A model generated the notes under the pieces. The model had not been told where the DNA came from. It searched no databases and saw only the letters and a program-made list of their open reading frames with translations. Shown here in pieces: positions 18,701 to 28,061 of a stretch of 64,000 nucleotides of DNA. Origin of the DNA: Patescibacteria group bacterium. Its GTDB lineage: Bacteria; Patescibacteriota; Microgenomatia; Levybacterales; UBA12049. The translations under genes and the position numbers were made by a program. Numbering within the stretch: the first letter of the stretch is position 1; every line of letters starts with the position of its first letter. The DNA lies in assembly GCA_038061615.1 (NCBI GenBank), contig JBBTYY010000015.1, forward strand, positions 1,298 to 65,297. The letters run 5' to 3'.

Positions 18701-19476
18701 TTGTTAATCCCAGAGTCAGGAGATAACAAGTTGAGCAACTGTGGCACTAAATGAAATGCATGCAATAGAAGAAAAGCTGCTGCTCCAAAGCATAGTCCTT
18801 TTATGGGAATTGGAATTTTCCTAATGTATTTTGTATATATTAACAAAAATAAAAATGATAATGGATAAAAAGAAAAAAAACCCGGGGCCGCGACATAGGT
18901 AAAGTTAGGAGAAAAAAGTAAGGTCATCAATATAATTCCAGCAAGATATATAAGATTTGCACTCAAAAAATACCGTAAAAGAAGAAAAAAAATCAAGGGA
19001 TTTAGGAATATTTGATAATGAGTAATAATAGCTCTATCCCATCCAAGAATTGCAAAAGGAGAGAATATATAAAAAAATCCTGCCAGTATTGCAGAAGATT
19101 CTAGCCAATTTGATTCTTTTGTACCATTTTTTCCTTTCGTCACCTCTCTTACTATGCAATAAACTGAAACAAATGCTGTGCTAAGACTTATTCCATTGAA
19201 AATAGAGATAAGAATTGTAGGCGAATTAAAGAGATATTTAAAAAATGCAAGAAGTAATAAGTGCGGTATAGCCCAATAACTTACGGCCTCACCTCCAATT
19301 CCTGTCGGAACAACCCCATAGAGAGCTTGGTTAGTTAAATAAGATAGTGGGTCGTAAAAGTAAAGCCTGCTATTATCCCCACCCAAATCCATCTCGCCCG
19401 GTTTTAGCCAGAAAAAGGGAATAATAAATAAGGCAAAACATACAATAGCTACTACTATAAAATTATTTTTTTTCAT
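15790..19476 (-). CDS. large membrane protein, probable GT-C glycosyltransferase with extra extracellular domains
   Basis: DLGGDNSRLYFYDP and IPGFSMFRNF. Paralog of 20673-23120 with an extra ~400 aa. Confidence 0.7.
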   Translation of the reverse strand: MKKNNFIVVAIVCFALFIIPFFWLKPGEMDLGGDNSRLYFYDPLSYLTNQALYGVVPTGIGGEAVSYWAIPHLLLLAFFKYLFNSPTILISIFNGISLSTAFVSVYCIVREVTKGKNGTKESNWLESSAILAGFFYIFSPFAILGWDRAIITHYQIFLNPLIFFLLLRYFLSANLIYLAGIILMTLLFSPNFTYVAAPGFFSFYPLSFLFLLIYTKYIRKIPIPIKGLCFGAAAFLLLHAFHLVPQLLNLLSPDSGINNAVFSEKAISSRGLDYFIAIAQSVKASISFMGLLQLHRIDTISTGFIIFPAIIFLALWWSKTKTIFLTALFFLVTLFFATANITDLGFNFYKALFRIPGFSMFRNFYGQWGFTYLFFYSVLLGLSMDTVFNKVKKKYAYLLSFVVVGLSLLTAWPFINGSFYRLDLHQTKYVKPIIQMDPKYEKVLTYIRNLPVDGKILSFPFPDPGYQLIAGKNGGAYVGPSTFSYLAGKNDFSGYEGLLPFSEFFLQAVRNNDFESIKNLFSILNIRYIFYNSDPYIFDNTFPGFPYGYVRAFLPQTQNLYREFINKLPIEKKRDIGEKFHLYTIKDDIYFPHIYATTNIIQANNSLTLLSVPQLNASLPFAIFKVNNAMKNTTAVILEANDNNPLREITDNSHLHKHQPFISLKPDDIQYPFAILRERFDLWRIKNQHKKYMDRSFLLLTKRISEASKWDLPIVKKQWKEPKLWEFYNWKNYNSWESSIARYKEGMMGLMQWVNNTTESKIWQEANRIKIAEQLFQHQITLETNIKESAYSLYEKRYLLGLVHTMLGDVTAVLNIKTVKPSFINASLVNLSDETGEYEVYIEYKNENFPDRLSNAYIEIEGAKLRPTGSNINGAITKFENIVINGKESINFTVYLPTVNLVQDSLWINSGETKNVISSTELAIHSISGNSSGDYAKETGLVKEITNWRPNRQYIVTFDYLTYGDDFIFKFYERRREGIKANSFFEKSLNSKGWKIHQSVFTSDPGSLGGYIHILANSGKINNKVLIKNLRVEEVPYPRILFKKVMLSKKYAAPQIIFTKINPTKYKVTVSGAKDPYALVFSEAFNTNWKLFNKDISSEEKIRGAISRMFGVMERFLVGIFVKDDIRHDMIQQVYLNGMVKEGMHTNTFLAPSTFETWGKRSIAEGGHFEVNGYANGWIIRPQDIKGEENYTLTIELSSQKSFYGFLFLSLASFLAVIIFFAKKIILK

Positions 19477-20095
19477 TTAGCGTTTTTACAGCTAGAAGTT
19501 GATAAGATAGGCTTGGAAAATAATACAAGAATGGTTCAGTAATAAAGGCAATAATACCCCATATTATCCAAGGCTTATATTTTATTGTCGCACACGCTCC
19601 TCTTATGAATTTAAAACTGCGCAATCCATATACTTTATAACCAAATTTCTCGAAATCTCTTTTATTCCACCCAGATTTATGATGCTGATACGGGTTCTGA
19701 TCATAATGATCTTGATGACAAAATTCATTTGGAGTAAGAATAATTATTTTTTTCCGCGCAACTCTCTCCATTGTCCTAAGCAGTTGAACACCATCTTTTT
19801 TTCTTAAATGCTCAATCACATCTAGGGCAATGATAGCATCAAAAGTTTTTGGCTTATAATACGTATCAATTTCTCTAATATCTCCTACAATGTATCTGTT
19901 ATGTATTTTTCTTTTTTCACTTTTGTCGATACTTGGTTTATGAATATCAATGCCTTCTGAATAAATATTTTTTAATAAGAGACGGAGAGGCGAATTTTGC
20001 CCGCACCCTACATCTAAGATTGACTTATAGCCATAAATACCTCTGCTTATAATTTTATAAAAAAATATATCTTTGAACTGATTTATTGATTTCAT
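19463..20095 (-). CDS. class I SAM-dependent methyltransferase
   Basis: ILDVGCG and FDAIIALDVIEHL. Confidence 0.9.
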   Translation of the reverse strand: MKSINQFKDIFFYKIISRGIYGYKSILDVGCGQNSPLRLLLKNIYSEGIDIHKPSIDKSEKRKIHNRYIVGDIREIDTYYKPKTFDAIIALDVIEHLRKKDGVQLLRTMERVARKKIIILTPNEFCHQDHYDQNPYQHHKSGWNKRDFEKFGYKVYGLRSFKFIRGACATIKYKPWIIWGIIAFITEPFLYYFPSLSYQLLAVKTLNEKK

Positions 20096-20319
20096 AAAAC
20101 TGATATCTTCTCCATTGTCAAAATATTAAAATGTGATTCATTCTTTCTTTGCAAATAATATTCCAATAGTGTTATTACCGTTAATTACACCAACCACGAA
20201 ATTATTTTTTATCAGGAACTTTTTCTAGCAATTAACCCAAAGTAATTAAGATAGAATGATATTCGTAAAAACTTTTTCATGTATATTTAATTGTTTTAGA
20301 AATTGTCTTAACTTTGAAC

Positions 20320-20676
20320 TTATTCTTCTTTCCACTGCTGTATAATACCGATTAATAAGAAGAAAAAAATCCAGACTGCTGCTTTTTCTGTAGCTGGCGA
20401 CGTCCCCGTAAAAAGAAACTCAATGTACATGATTCCCAAAAGTACTAGGCAAAACAAAAAAGCATATCTTCCAGCAAGTTTATATAACATTATACTTATA
20501 CCGTATAGTCCTAACGTTATAAATATTCTTATGTCTGAACTTTCTGGAATAAGTAAAATATCTGCTAATACCGCCAAAACGACGATCGTAAGTAAAACTG
20601 GTTTGTTTTTCAAAGCGATATTAAGAAAAAATAAAGTTTTCTTGTTCCCTTGAAGCAAAGTAAAAGGAGAAATCAT
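20320..20676 (-). CDS. small membrane protein (4 TM)
   Basis: Hydrophobic ORF with ATGA overlap to the upstream gene. Confidence 0.7.
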   Translation of the reverse strand: MISPFTLLQGNKKTLFFLNIALKNKPVLLTIVVLAVLADILLIPESSDIRIFITLGLYGISIMLYKLAGRYAFLFCLVLLGIMYIEFLFTGTSPATEKAAVWIFFFLLIGIIQQWKEE

Positions 20677-23120
20677 AAAATTATATTTATTATACCAAAA
20701 AGTCTTTTCCTATAAAAGAGAAAAGCTCCCCACAGCATACAGAAAATAAAAACTTGTAACGATACAACCAAACCTGCATAGAATATTCTTTGATCTGTCA
20801 TCTCCACGACGAGAGAGTAACTATCTCTTCCACCTACATCCTCGGGCAAAACAACCCAAGCATTCGCATATCCATTTACCTGAAAATGTCTATAGCTTGC
20901 AATCGCTTTCTTTCCCCATGTAGAAAACGTGGACTCGTCCAGAAATGTATTACTGTGTACGCCTTCTGTTACTTTACCATCAAAATAATTCGATAGGGTC
21001 TTTTTTTGTTGAGGCTCTGTATAGGCAGGGAAAAGACTCCAATTCCTATGAAATGACTCAGAAAAAACAAGAACATATCGATCTTTTGCCCCATTTACTT
21101 TCAGCCTATATCTAGTTGGGTTTATTTTTTCGAATTGAATTTTTGGCAAATCACTCGGCCCAGAACTAAATTCCTTACTGCATATTCTTTTTTGAAAGTT
21201 TTTTTTACATATCTGTTCTTCTATGAATATAGAACGCGCCTCACTTGTTTTTTTGTATGGAAAAAAAGATGAAGCGCTTTCAAAATAGGGATGCAGCTTT
21301 GGATTGTTATCATAAGTAATTATAGTATTGGTTATATAAAAATGGGGCAGAAAGTTCTGCTCATCTGTCTCATACAATCCATACTGTCCTTTTTCATATA
21401 TCTTTTTTGTTGTTATTTTGTTCACAAAATCTTCATACCCTTTTTGAGTAGAAGGAAGAAAGGTACGAACATGCTGATATGGATAAGAAGGAAAAGTTGT
21501 ATCATAAACAAGCGGGTCTTTATTATAAAAAATGTATTTAACATTAAGAAGACTTAGCATACGTTTAATTGATGTATAATCTTTTTCCTTTGCCAATTTT
21601 AAAAAAATCTCACTAAATGGCGCAATATTTATGTATCCTGCAAAATCTTTTTTTCCGGCAAGATACCCTATGGTTGATACTCCTACATAGGCTCCGCTAT
21701 TTGTGCCGTGAATCACTTGATAATTGGGGTCTGTAAATGGCAAGGTTAATATTTTACTGTCGTCTGGTAACGAACGGATGAATGCGAGTGTTTCTTTATA
21801 CTTTGGATCCATGACCATCGCGATTTTAACATTGTTTGACTGAAAATGAGTCTTGTTTACAAGCGAGCCATTTATAAATGGCCACGCCCCTAATATCAGA
21901 ACAAGTCCTATGCCAAAATATAAAATTCCAGCATACATCTGCCTAAGCCTAGAAGACACCAAAAAGAGCGCCTGTCCAAATAAAATAGCGTAAAAAAAAG
22001 AAAATACAAAAAGCCATTGGCCGATAAAATTGCGAAACATCGAAAATCCGGGGATGTAAAAAAGTCTTTTATATATTTCAACCCCTAAATCGGTAATTTT
22101 AGCGCTTAGTAAAAAGAGAATTATTAAGAGAAATATTCCGGTTAAAAGCATTGTTTTGTTTCTGCCTCTATTTAATAAAAATCCAAGAATTACAACTAAA
22201 GGAACCATCACAGACGTAAAACCAAGCATATTAACAGGAGGCAAGGAAAGAATATTCAAACTAACCTTAGCAAAAGGCAAAACTCCAAAAAAATAGTCCA
22301 ACTGATGAACAATGTCCTCTCTGCTAAATACCCTTGTGTTTGTGTTGCTACCCGGATCAAACAAGCTTAAAACCGATGGTATAAGGTGAAAAGAGTGGAG
22401 CCCGACAAATAGTAAAATGCCGGCGAAAATTCCCTTCCAGGGAAGCTTTTTGCCTCGAATAAAGGTTACATAGAAAAAAAGAAACAATAAGCTTAGAGGA
22501 TAAAACGAAAAAATTAATGGAGCAGAAACCCATGAAAAGTTATGGGCAAAAATGAACGTTATTATAAGAATAAACCAAAGATACTTAATGTTACTGGTTA
22601 AGAGATACTTTAAAAGTAAATAGAAGACGAGCGGGTTTAAGAATACCTGGTCGTGATTAAGCAATGCTTTCTCCCAGTTTCCTATCATTCTGGGAGAAAG
22701 GATATAAAAGAAACCGGCAAGCACCGAAGAAATCTCGCGAAGCATCGAAAAATATTTATTATTGTACTTTTTATCAATGAGTTCTTTAACAATGCCGTAA
22801 ACAGCAAGAAAAGCAACAACTAATTTTATGGAATTGAATACTGAAATTAAAAGATAGGGAGATTGCAAAATTGATTTCATGCCAGAAAGAAGTATTACAA
22901 TTGGCAGGCTATAGAAATGAGGCTCTACTAAGCCCATTCCAAAAGGCAGAATATTATAGAGACTGTAATTATTAAGGTAATTTATCGGGTCATAGAAATA
23001 CAGCCTACTGCTGTCTCCACCTAAATCCATCTCACCCGGTTTTAACCAGAAAAAAGGAATAATAAAAAGAAGAAGAGAAATTATGAATAAATAAGTTTTC
23101 GAACTGAGTAGAAGCTTCAT
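20673..23120 (-). CDS. polytopic membrane protein, probable GT-C glycosyltransferase
   Basis: Start moved to ATG 23120 (or TTG 23123) to match the paralog at 19476. DLGGDSSRLYFYDP, IPGFSMFRNF and VNGYANAW. Confidence 0.7.
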   Translation of the reverse strand: MKLLLSSKTYLFIISLLLFIIPFFWLKPGEMDLGGDSSRLYFYDPINYLNNYSLYNILPFGMGLVEPHFYSLPIVILLSGMKSILQSPYLLISVFNSIKLVVAFLAVYGIVKELIDKKYNNKYFSMLREISSVLAGFFYILSPRMIGNWEKALLNHDQVFLNPLVFYLLLKYLLTSNIKYLWFILIITFIFAHNFSWVSAPLIFSFYPLSLLFLFFYVTFIRGKKLPWKGIFAGILLFVGLHSFHLIPSVLSLFDPGSNTNTRVFSREDIVHQLDYFFGVLPFAKVSLNILSLPPVNMLGFTSVMVPLVVILGFLLNRGRNKTMLLTGIFLLIILFLLSAKITDLGVEIYKRLFYIPGFSMFRNFIGQWLFVFSFFYAILFGQALFLVSSRLRQMYAGILYFGIGLVLILGAWPFINGSLVNKTHFQSNNVKIAMVMDPKYKETLAFIRSLPDDSKILTLPFTDPNYQVIHGTNSGAYVGVSTIGYLAGKKDFAGYINIAPFSEIFLKLAKEKDYTSIKRMLSLLNVKYIFYNKDPLVYDTTFPSYPYQHVRTFLPSTQKGYEDFVNKITTKKIYEKGQYGLYETDEQNFLPHFYITNTIITYDNNPKLHPYFESASSFFPYKKTSEARSIFIEEQICKKNFQKRICSKEFSSGPSDLPKIQFEKINPTRYRLKVNGAKDRYVLVFSESFHRNWSLFPAYTEPQQKKTLSNYFDGKVTEGVHSNTFLDESTFSTWGKKAIASYRHFQVNGYANAWVVLPEDVGGRDSYSLVVEMTDQRIFYAGLVVSLQVFIFCMLWGAFLFYRKRLFGIINIIL

Positions 23121-23130
23121 CAATGTTGGT

Positions 23131-23176
23131 ATTATATCATCTTGGTATTGATAAAAATAAGAGCAGAGAATATAAT
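23131..23176. promoter_or_regulatory. back-to-back divergent promoters
   Basis: Minus strand TGaTATAAT at 23131-23139. Plus strand TTGATA (23148-23153), 17 nt, TATAAT (23171-23176). Confidence 0.65.
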
Positions 23177-23182
23177 TTCCGT

Positions 23183-24400
23183 ATGGTAAAAAATGGAAAC
23201 AGTAATCTTCGGGTTCCTTACGCACTGGCCGTTCACGGAAACGAAGAAAAATTAAGGGTTATAAAAGTTTTGGATGAACATAGAACAAATTTAGGAAAAG
23301 AAACTATAGAATTTGAGAAAAATGTTGCAAAAGCGTTTGGCAAAAAATTCGGCGTAATGGTAAATTCAGGCTCATCTGCTAATTTTCTTGCCATTGAACT
23401 CTTAAATCTTCCACCAAAATCGGAGGTAATTACTCCCCTTCTTACATTCTCAACCACAGTTTCGCCACTTGTTCAGCATGGACTTATTCCAGTTTTTGCA
23501 GACGTTGATCCTGGAAAATATACAGTTAATGTTGATCAAATTGAAAAGCTTATAACAAAAAAGACAAAAGCTCTTATGATACCTCTCCTTCTAGGAAATG
23601 TCCCAGATATGGGAAGGTTAAAAGAAATTGCCAAAAAGCATAAATTATTTTTCGTTGAAGATTCATGCGATACATTAGGAGCTACTTTTAACGGCAAACC
23701 AACGGGAGCATATTCCGATATCACAATTACCAGTTTTTTTGGATCCCACATTATAACCGCAGGCGGCAACGGCGGAATGATTATGGTAAACCGAGCCGAC
23801 TGGAAAGACAAAGTAAATGTCTTAAGAGGATGGGGCAGATCGTCTGCACTTTTTGCCGAATCGGAAAATATCGAGAAGCGTTTTAAAACTAAATTGGGAA
23901 CTATTCCTTATGATGCAAAATTTTTATTTGACGAAATAGGATATAACTTTCTTCCAAATGAGATGGGTTCTGCTTTTGGAAATGCACAGCTTGAAAAACT
24001 TCCTAAATTTAGAAAAATAAGAGAGTACAATTTTAGATACTTAATTAATTTTTTCAAAAAATATGAGGAATTTTTCATCCTTCCTAAGCAGGATAAAAAA
24101 GTTTCTACTCAATGGCTCGCTTTTCCCTTAACCATAAGAGCGAGCGCTCCTTTCTCAAGACTTGAGTTGGTAAAATATCTTGAAGCAGAAAATATCCAGA
24201 CCCGTCCAATCTTTACAGGAAATATATTAAAACACCCGGGTTTTAAGAACATTTCACACAGGATAATCAGTGGCGGATGTCCAGTCACAGATGAGGTCAC
24301 GGAGAGGGGATTTGTGATTGGCTGCCACCATGGTCTTGAAGAAAAACACGTTGAAAAAATCAAACGAGTATTTGCTTCTTTCCCTAAGAAATATTTATAA
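23183..24400 (+). CDS. DegT-family PMP-dependent NDP-4-keto-6-deoxyhexose 3-dehydratase (RfbH/DdhC-like)
   Basis: VNSGSSAN, EDSCDTLG and SFFGSHIIT (His instead of Lys). Start set to ATG 23183. Confidence 0.8.
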   Translation: MVKNGNSNLRVPYALAVHGNEEKLRVIKVLDEHRTNLGKETIEFEKNVAKAFGKKFGVMVNSGSSANFLAIELLNLPPKSEVITPLLTFSTTVSPLVQHGLIPVFADVDPGKYTVNVDQIEKLITKKTKALMIPLLLGNVPDMGRLKEIAKKHKLFFVEDSCDTLGATFNGKPTGAYSDITITSFFGSHIITAGGNGGMIMVNRADWKDKVNVLRGWGRSSALFAESENIEKRFKTKLGTIPYDAKFLFDEIGYNFLPNEMGSAFGNAQLEKLPKFRKIREYNFRYLINFFKKYEEFFILPKQDKKVSTQWLAFPLTIRASAPFSRLELVKYLEAENIQTRPIFTGNILKHPGFKNISHRIISGGCPVTDEVTERGFVIGCHHGLEEKHVEKIKRVFASFPKKYL

Positions 24401-25307
24401 ATTTTAGAATTGTTTCTGTTATTTGCTGAACAGAGAGCCCATTATATTCTAGTAAATATTGTACAGATCCAGTGATACTCGTAAATTTGTCGGGTACACC
24501 AAAACGGTAAAACTTTACCTGCCTTCCAGATTCGGCAATAATTTCGGCTACTGCGCTCCCTAATCCGCCAATAATATTATGCTCTTCTAGAGTAAAAATA
24601 TATCCTGTTTTCCTTGCTGCTTCTAAAATTATTTTTTTATTAATTGGTTTTATGACCGGAAGAGAGATTAATGTCCCCTCCGCGTTTTTTTTTGACAAAA
24701 CTTCTACAATGTCCAGAGCCATTGGTAATAAACTACCACTTACAAAAAGAGTGAATTTGCCACCATTTTTTATTTTTATTCCAGCTTCAGGATGAAACAA
24801 TTGTTGAGTTTTATGGATCACAGGACTCCCCGCCTTAGTTATTCGTATATATACTGGACCATTAATCTCGTATGCAGCTTTTGTTGCCCATTCTGCTTCA
24901 ATTGGATCTCCCGGAGTAAAAATAGTCATGTTAGGAAGTAATCTCATCAGTCCTACATCTTCTAAAGCAAAATGGCTTACTCCTAACTGATTAGAACTAA
25001 ATCCTGCAGCGACACCAATGATCTTTACGTTAACGTGATTATAGGCAACATCAAGTCGAATCTGTTCAAAACATCTCATTGTTGCAAAGGGAGCCTGGGC
25101 GTAAAAGAAAACTTTATAACCGCAGAGCGCGAGACCAGTTGCAATACCAATAGTACTTTGTTCTGTTACCCCAGTATTCAAAAAACGCTCTGGAAATTCT
25201 TTTTCTACATCTTCAAAAACTGAAAATCCCATATCAGCGGTTAGAGAAATAATATCTTCATTAACTCTCATCAAATCAACAAGAGTATTTAAAAAGGCAG
25301 TTCTCAT
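24384..25307 (-). CDS. transketolase C-terminal (pyrimidine-binding) subunit
   Basis: LTADMG, GVTEQ, RCFEQIR and EEHNIIGGLG. Confidence 0.9.
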   Translation of the reverse strand: MRTAFLNTLVDLMRVNEDIISLTADMGFSVFEDVEKEFPERFLNTGVTEQSTIGIATGLALCGYKVFFYAQAPFATMRCFEQIRLDVAYNHVNVKIIGVAAGFSSNQLGVSHFALEDVGLMRLLPNMTIFTPGDPIEAEWATKAAYEINGPVYIRITKAGSPVIHKTQQLFHPEAGIKIKNGGKFTLFVSGSLLPMALDIVEVLSKKNAEGTLISLPVIKPINKKIILEAARKTGYIFTLEEHNIIGGLGSAVAEIIAESGRQVKFYRFGVPDKFTSITGSVQYLLEYNGLSVQQITETILKFINIS

Positions 25308-26128
25308 AGCCCTAACTCGCTTTCAGCAATCTTAATTTCTTTTTCTGTTGGAGTTCTATAATGCCATTCATTTCTATCCTCTAATACCGAAACCCCTTTA
25401 CCTTTAATAGTATGAGCAATAACAATACTTGGCTTACCTTTTTCGAATGGAAGCCTTGAAAAAACTTGCGAAATTTCCTCAAAACTATGACCATCAATTT
25501 CTTTTACAGACCATTTAAATGCTTCCCATTTCTTAACAAAAGGCTCTAAATCCAAAACATCTGCAACCCGACCAAAGCTCTGCCATTTGTTGTAATCGAC
25601 AATAACAACAAGATTATCGAGCTTGTGATGGCCAGCTTGTAAAATTGCTTCCCATGTTGATCCTTCATCACATTCACCATCGCTTGTCATAACAAATACT
25701 CTATATTCTCTTTTTTGCAGTTTTCCAGCCAAAGCCATACCAACTCCAATTGGAAGACCATGTCCCATTGATCCGGTTGTTGCTTCTATACCAGGAGTTC
25801 CATTTCTTGTTGCAATGCCAATCATCTTACTACCATCTTGACAATACGTATCAAGCAGTTTTTTTTCAAAAAACCCTTTTCTTGCTAAGATTGTATATAA
25901 TGTTGATATCCCCCATCCTTTACTCAAAATGAAACGATCGCGATTTGGATCTTGAGGATTTTTTGGATCAATCTTAAGAATCTTCTCATACAAATATACT
26001 ATTAATTCAACAATAGAATATGATGAGGCGATATGAGATGCGTGAGCAGCAACTATTATCGATAATACAGTTTGTCTGATTTCCCTTGCATACTTTTTAA
26101 GCGACTCAAATTCTTTTTTATCAAGCAT
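25304..26128 (-). CDS. transketolase N-terminal (ThDP-binding) subunit
   Basis: RDRFILSKG, TGSMGHGL, SDGECDEG and HTIKGKG. Confidence 0.9.
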   Translation of the reverse strand: MLDKKEFESLKKYAREIRQTVLSIIVAAHASHIASSYSIVELIVYLYEKILKIDPKNPQDPNRDRFILSKGWGISTLYTILARKGFFEKKLLDTYCQDGSKMIGIATRNGTPGIEATTGSMGHGLPIGVGMALAGKLQKREYRVFVMTSDGECDEGSTWEAILQAGHHKLDNLVVIVDYNKWQSFGRVADVLDLEPFVKKWEAFKWSVKEIDGHSFEEISQVFSRLPFEKGKPSIVIAHTIKGKGVSVLEDRNEWHYRTPTEKEIKIAESELGL

Positions 26129-27062
26129 AAAGGCTAGAATATTGCTTAAACCATTCTATTGTCTTTTTTAGACCCGTATGTAATTCATACTTTGACTGCC
26201 ATTTTAAGATTTTCTGAGCTTTTGATATATCTGCTTCCCATTTCTTAGGTTCTATCTGTCTTGTCTGCTTTTTGGCCTTGCCCCATACAATTTTTGAATT
26301 GCTATTTGTTATTTGCAGAATTAGGCTGACAACATCTGATATTTGATGCTGCTCTCCACTACTAATATTATATATCTCACCCGGATTGCTTTCACTATCT
26401 ATAGCTTTTATGTATGCATCCACTACATCTTCGATAAATATAAAATCTCTTACGTTATTTGGCGAAGATAATTCTATTGATTGGTTTTTAAGAGCGCTAG
26501 CTATAACCAAAGGAATTAATCTGCTTTTATCCTCAAAATAACCATATGGTGAAAATAAACGAAATGTAATTATTGGAAGATTATTGCGTATTGCCTCTTT
26601 CTGACAAAATAGGGTGGCAGCTGCTTTTGTTATACCATAATCATTGACAGGAGTAATCATATCAGATTCTTTCATTTTTTCACTTTTGATTCCGTATTCG
26701 GAAGAACTTCCCGCATTAATAAAAAGTTTGAATCTATGTTTTTTGCTTGCATTTACAAGATTTATCGTTCCTTTGATATTTACATCAACCATTTGGGTTA
26801 TGATATTTTCAGAAGGAAGAGAACCATAGGAAGCAAGATGGAAGATATAGGTAGGCATAATTCTTGCAATTACCGCATCCAATGATTTACCTAGAAGATC
26901 ACATTCGTAAATATCTAATTTTGAAGCGATATCGTACAGTCTCCAATTTAATCTTTTATCCCGAACAATAACACTAACGTGTTTTTTTTGACGAACTAGT
27001 TCTCTCGTCAAGCAAGCACCAATAAAACCAGTAGCTCCGGTTATTAAATAAATATCCTGCAT
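26121..27062 (-). CDS. NAD-dependent sugar epimerase/reductase
   Basis: TGATGFIG, GSSSEYG, YGITK and RDFIF. Confidence 0.85.
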   Translation of the reverse strand: MQDIYLITGATGFIGACLTRELVRQKKHVSVIVRDKRLNWRLYDIASKLDIYECDLLGKSLDAVIARIMPTYIFHLASYGSLPSENIITQMVDVNIKGTINLVNASKKHRFKLFINAGSSSEYGIKSEKMKESDMITPVNDYGITKAAATLFCQKEAIRNNLPIITFRLFSPYGYFEDKSRLIPLVIASALKNQSIELSSPNNVRDFIFIEDVVDAYIKAIDSESNPGEIYNISSGEQHQISDVVSLILQITNSNSKIVWGKAKKQTRQIEPKKWEADISKAQKILKWQSKYELHTGLKKTIEWFKQYSSLYA

Positions 27063-27063
27063 A

Positions 27064-28029
27064 CTAATTATTCTCCTTTGTTAAGACATTTTTATACCAA
27101 GCAAAAACTGTTTTTAGGCTATTTTCTAAATTATAGCTAGGCTTCCAGCCAAGCTTTCTGATTTTAGCATCATTTAAATGCTGATAAGGAATTTCATTTT
27201 TTGCAGTATTCAATATTTTGTATTGAATTTTAATTTTTAATATTTCTTCTGCCTTTTTTATTAAATCCAGAACAGAAAGCGTATCGCTTGATGAGAAATT
27301 AAAAACTTCACCTTTTATTTTATCAAAGTTATCCAACAGAAATAGATAACCATCAATAACATCTTTTATATATAAATAGTCTCTTACGTATGTCCCATTG
27401 CTCCGTATCCTAAGGACTTTCTTCTTAATTATAGCTTCACAAATATCGGGAACAATCCTGCCAAAATGTAAGTCTCCCTCTCCGTATACGTTCCCAAAGC
27501 GAGTAATTACCACCGGAAGGTCGTAGGTTTTAAAGTATGCTTGTGAAATAAGGTCAGCAGATGCTTTCGAAACATCGTATGGATGATCTGCTCTAAGGGG
27601 GGAATCTTCGGTATATGCTTTCTTTGTTTTTCCATATGCCTTGTCCGAAGATGCAATAATTATCCCTTTTATAAATTTTGATGCCCTTGCGGCCTCCAAT
27701 ATATTAACCGTTCCCATAATGTTTGTTTCAAATGCTTTGTGGGGATCAGTATATGCTTCCTGAACGATTGGCTCTGCAGCAAGATGGAAAATGTAGTCGG
27801 GTTTAAATTTCTTAAAGAAGCCGAACACCTTTTCCTTATCTCTAATATCAATAAGCTTTAACAACACCTTATTCTTGAGATTATTAAGAGCAAATGTAGA
27901 TTTAGGATGAACTTTTATATCTATAACGGCTACCTTCGCACCGCTTGCAACAAGCTCTCCAACTAAATGACCGCCTATAAACCCCGTTCCGCCAGTTACT
28001 AAAATTTTCGAATTCTTAATACTTATCAC
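27064..28029 (-). CDS. CDP-glucose 4,6-dehydratase-like (RfbG-like)
   Basis: TGGTGFIG, HLAAEPIV, SSDKAYG and PYDVSK. Adjacent to an rfbF-like gene. Confidence 0.75.
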   Translation of the reverse strand: MISIKNSKILVTGGTGFIGGHLVGELVASGAKVAVIDIKVHPKSTFALNNLKNKVLLKLIDIRDKEKVFGFFKKFKPDYIFHLAAEPIVQEAYTDPHKAFETNIMGTVNILEAARASKFIKGIIIASSDKAYGKTKKAYTEDSPLRADHPYDVSKASADLISQAYFKTYDLPVVITRFGNVYGEGDLHFGRIVPDICEAIIKKKVLRIRSNGTYVRDYLYIKDVIDGYLFLLDNFDKIKGEVFNFSSSDTLSVLDLIKKAEEILKIKIQYKILNTAKNEIPYQHLNDAKIRKLGWKPSYNLENSLKTVFAWYKNVLTKENN

Positions 28030-28033
28030 GATC

Positions 28034-28061
28034 TACATACCTAATACTTAATATCTAGTTA
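28034..28061. repeat. degenerate intergenic heptamer array
   Basis: tacatac ctaatac ttaatat ctagtta. Confidence 0.4.

Noticed and set aside
23121-23225. Apparent head-to-head overlap of the 850-aa and 425-aa ORFs
   Set aside because: Artefact of longest-ORF starts. Paralog alignment and promoter positions give starts at 23120 and 23183.
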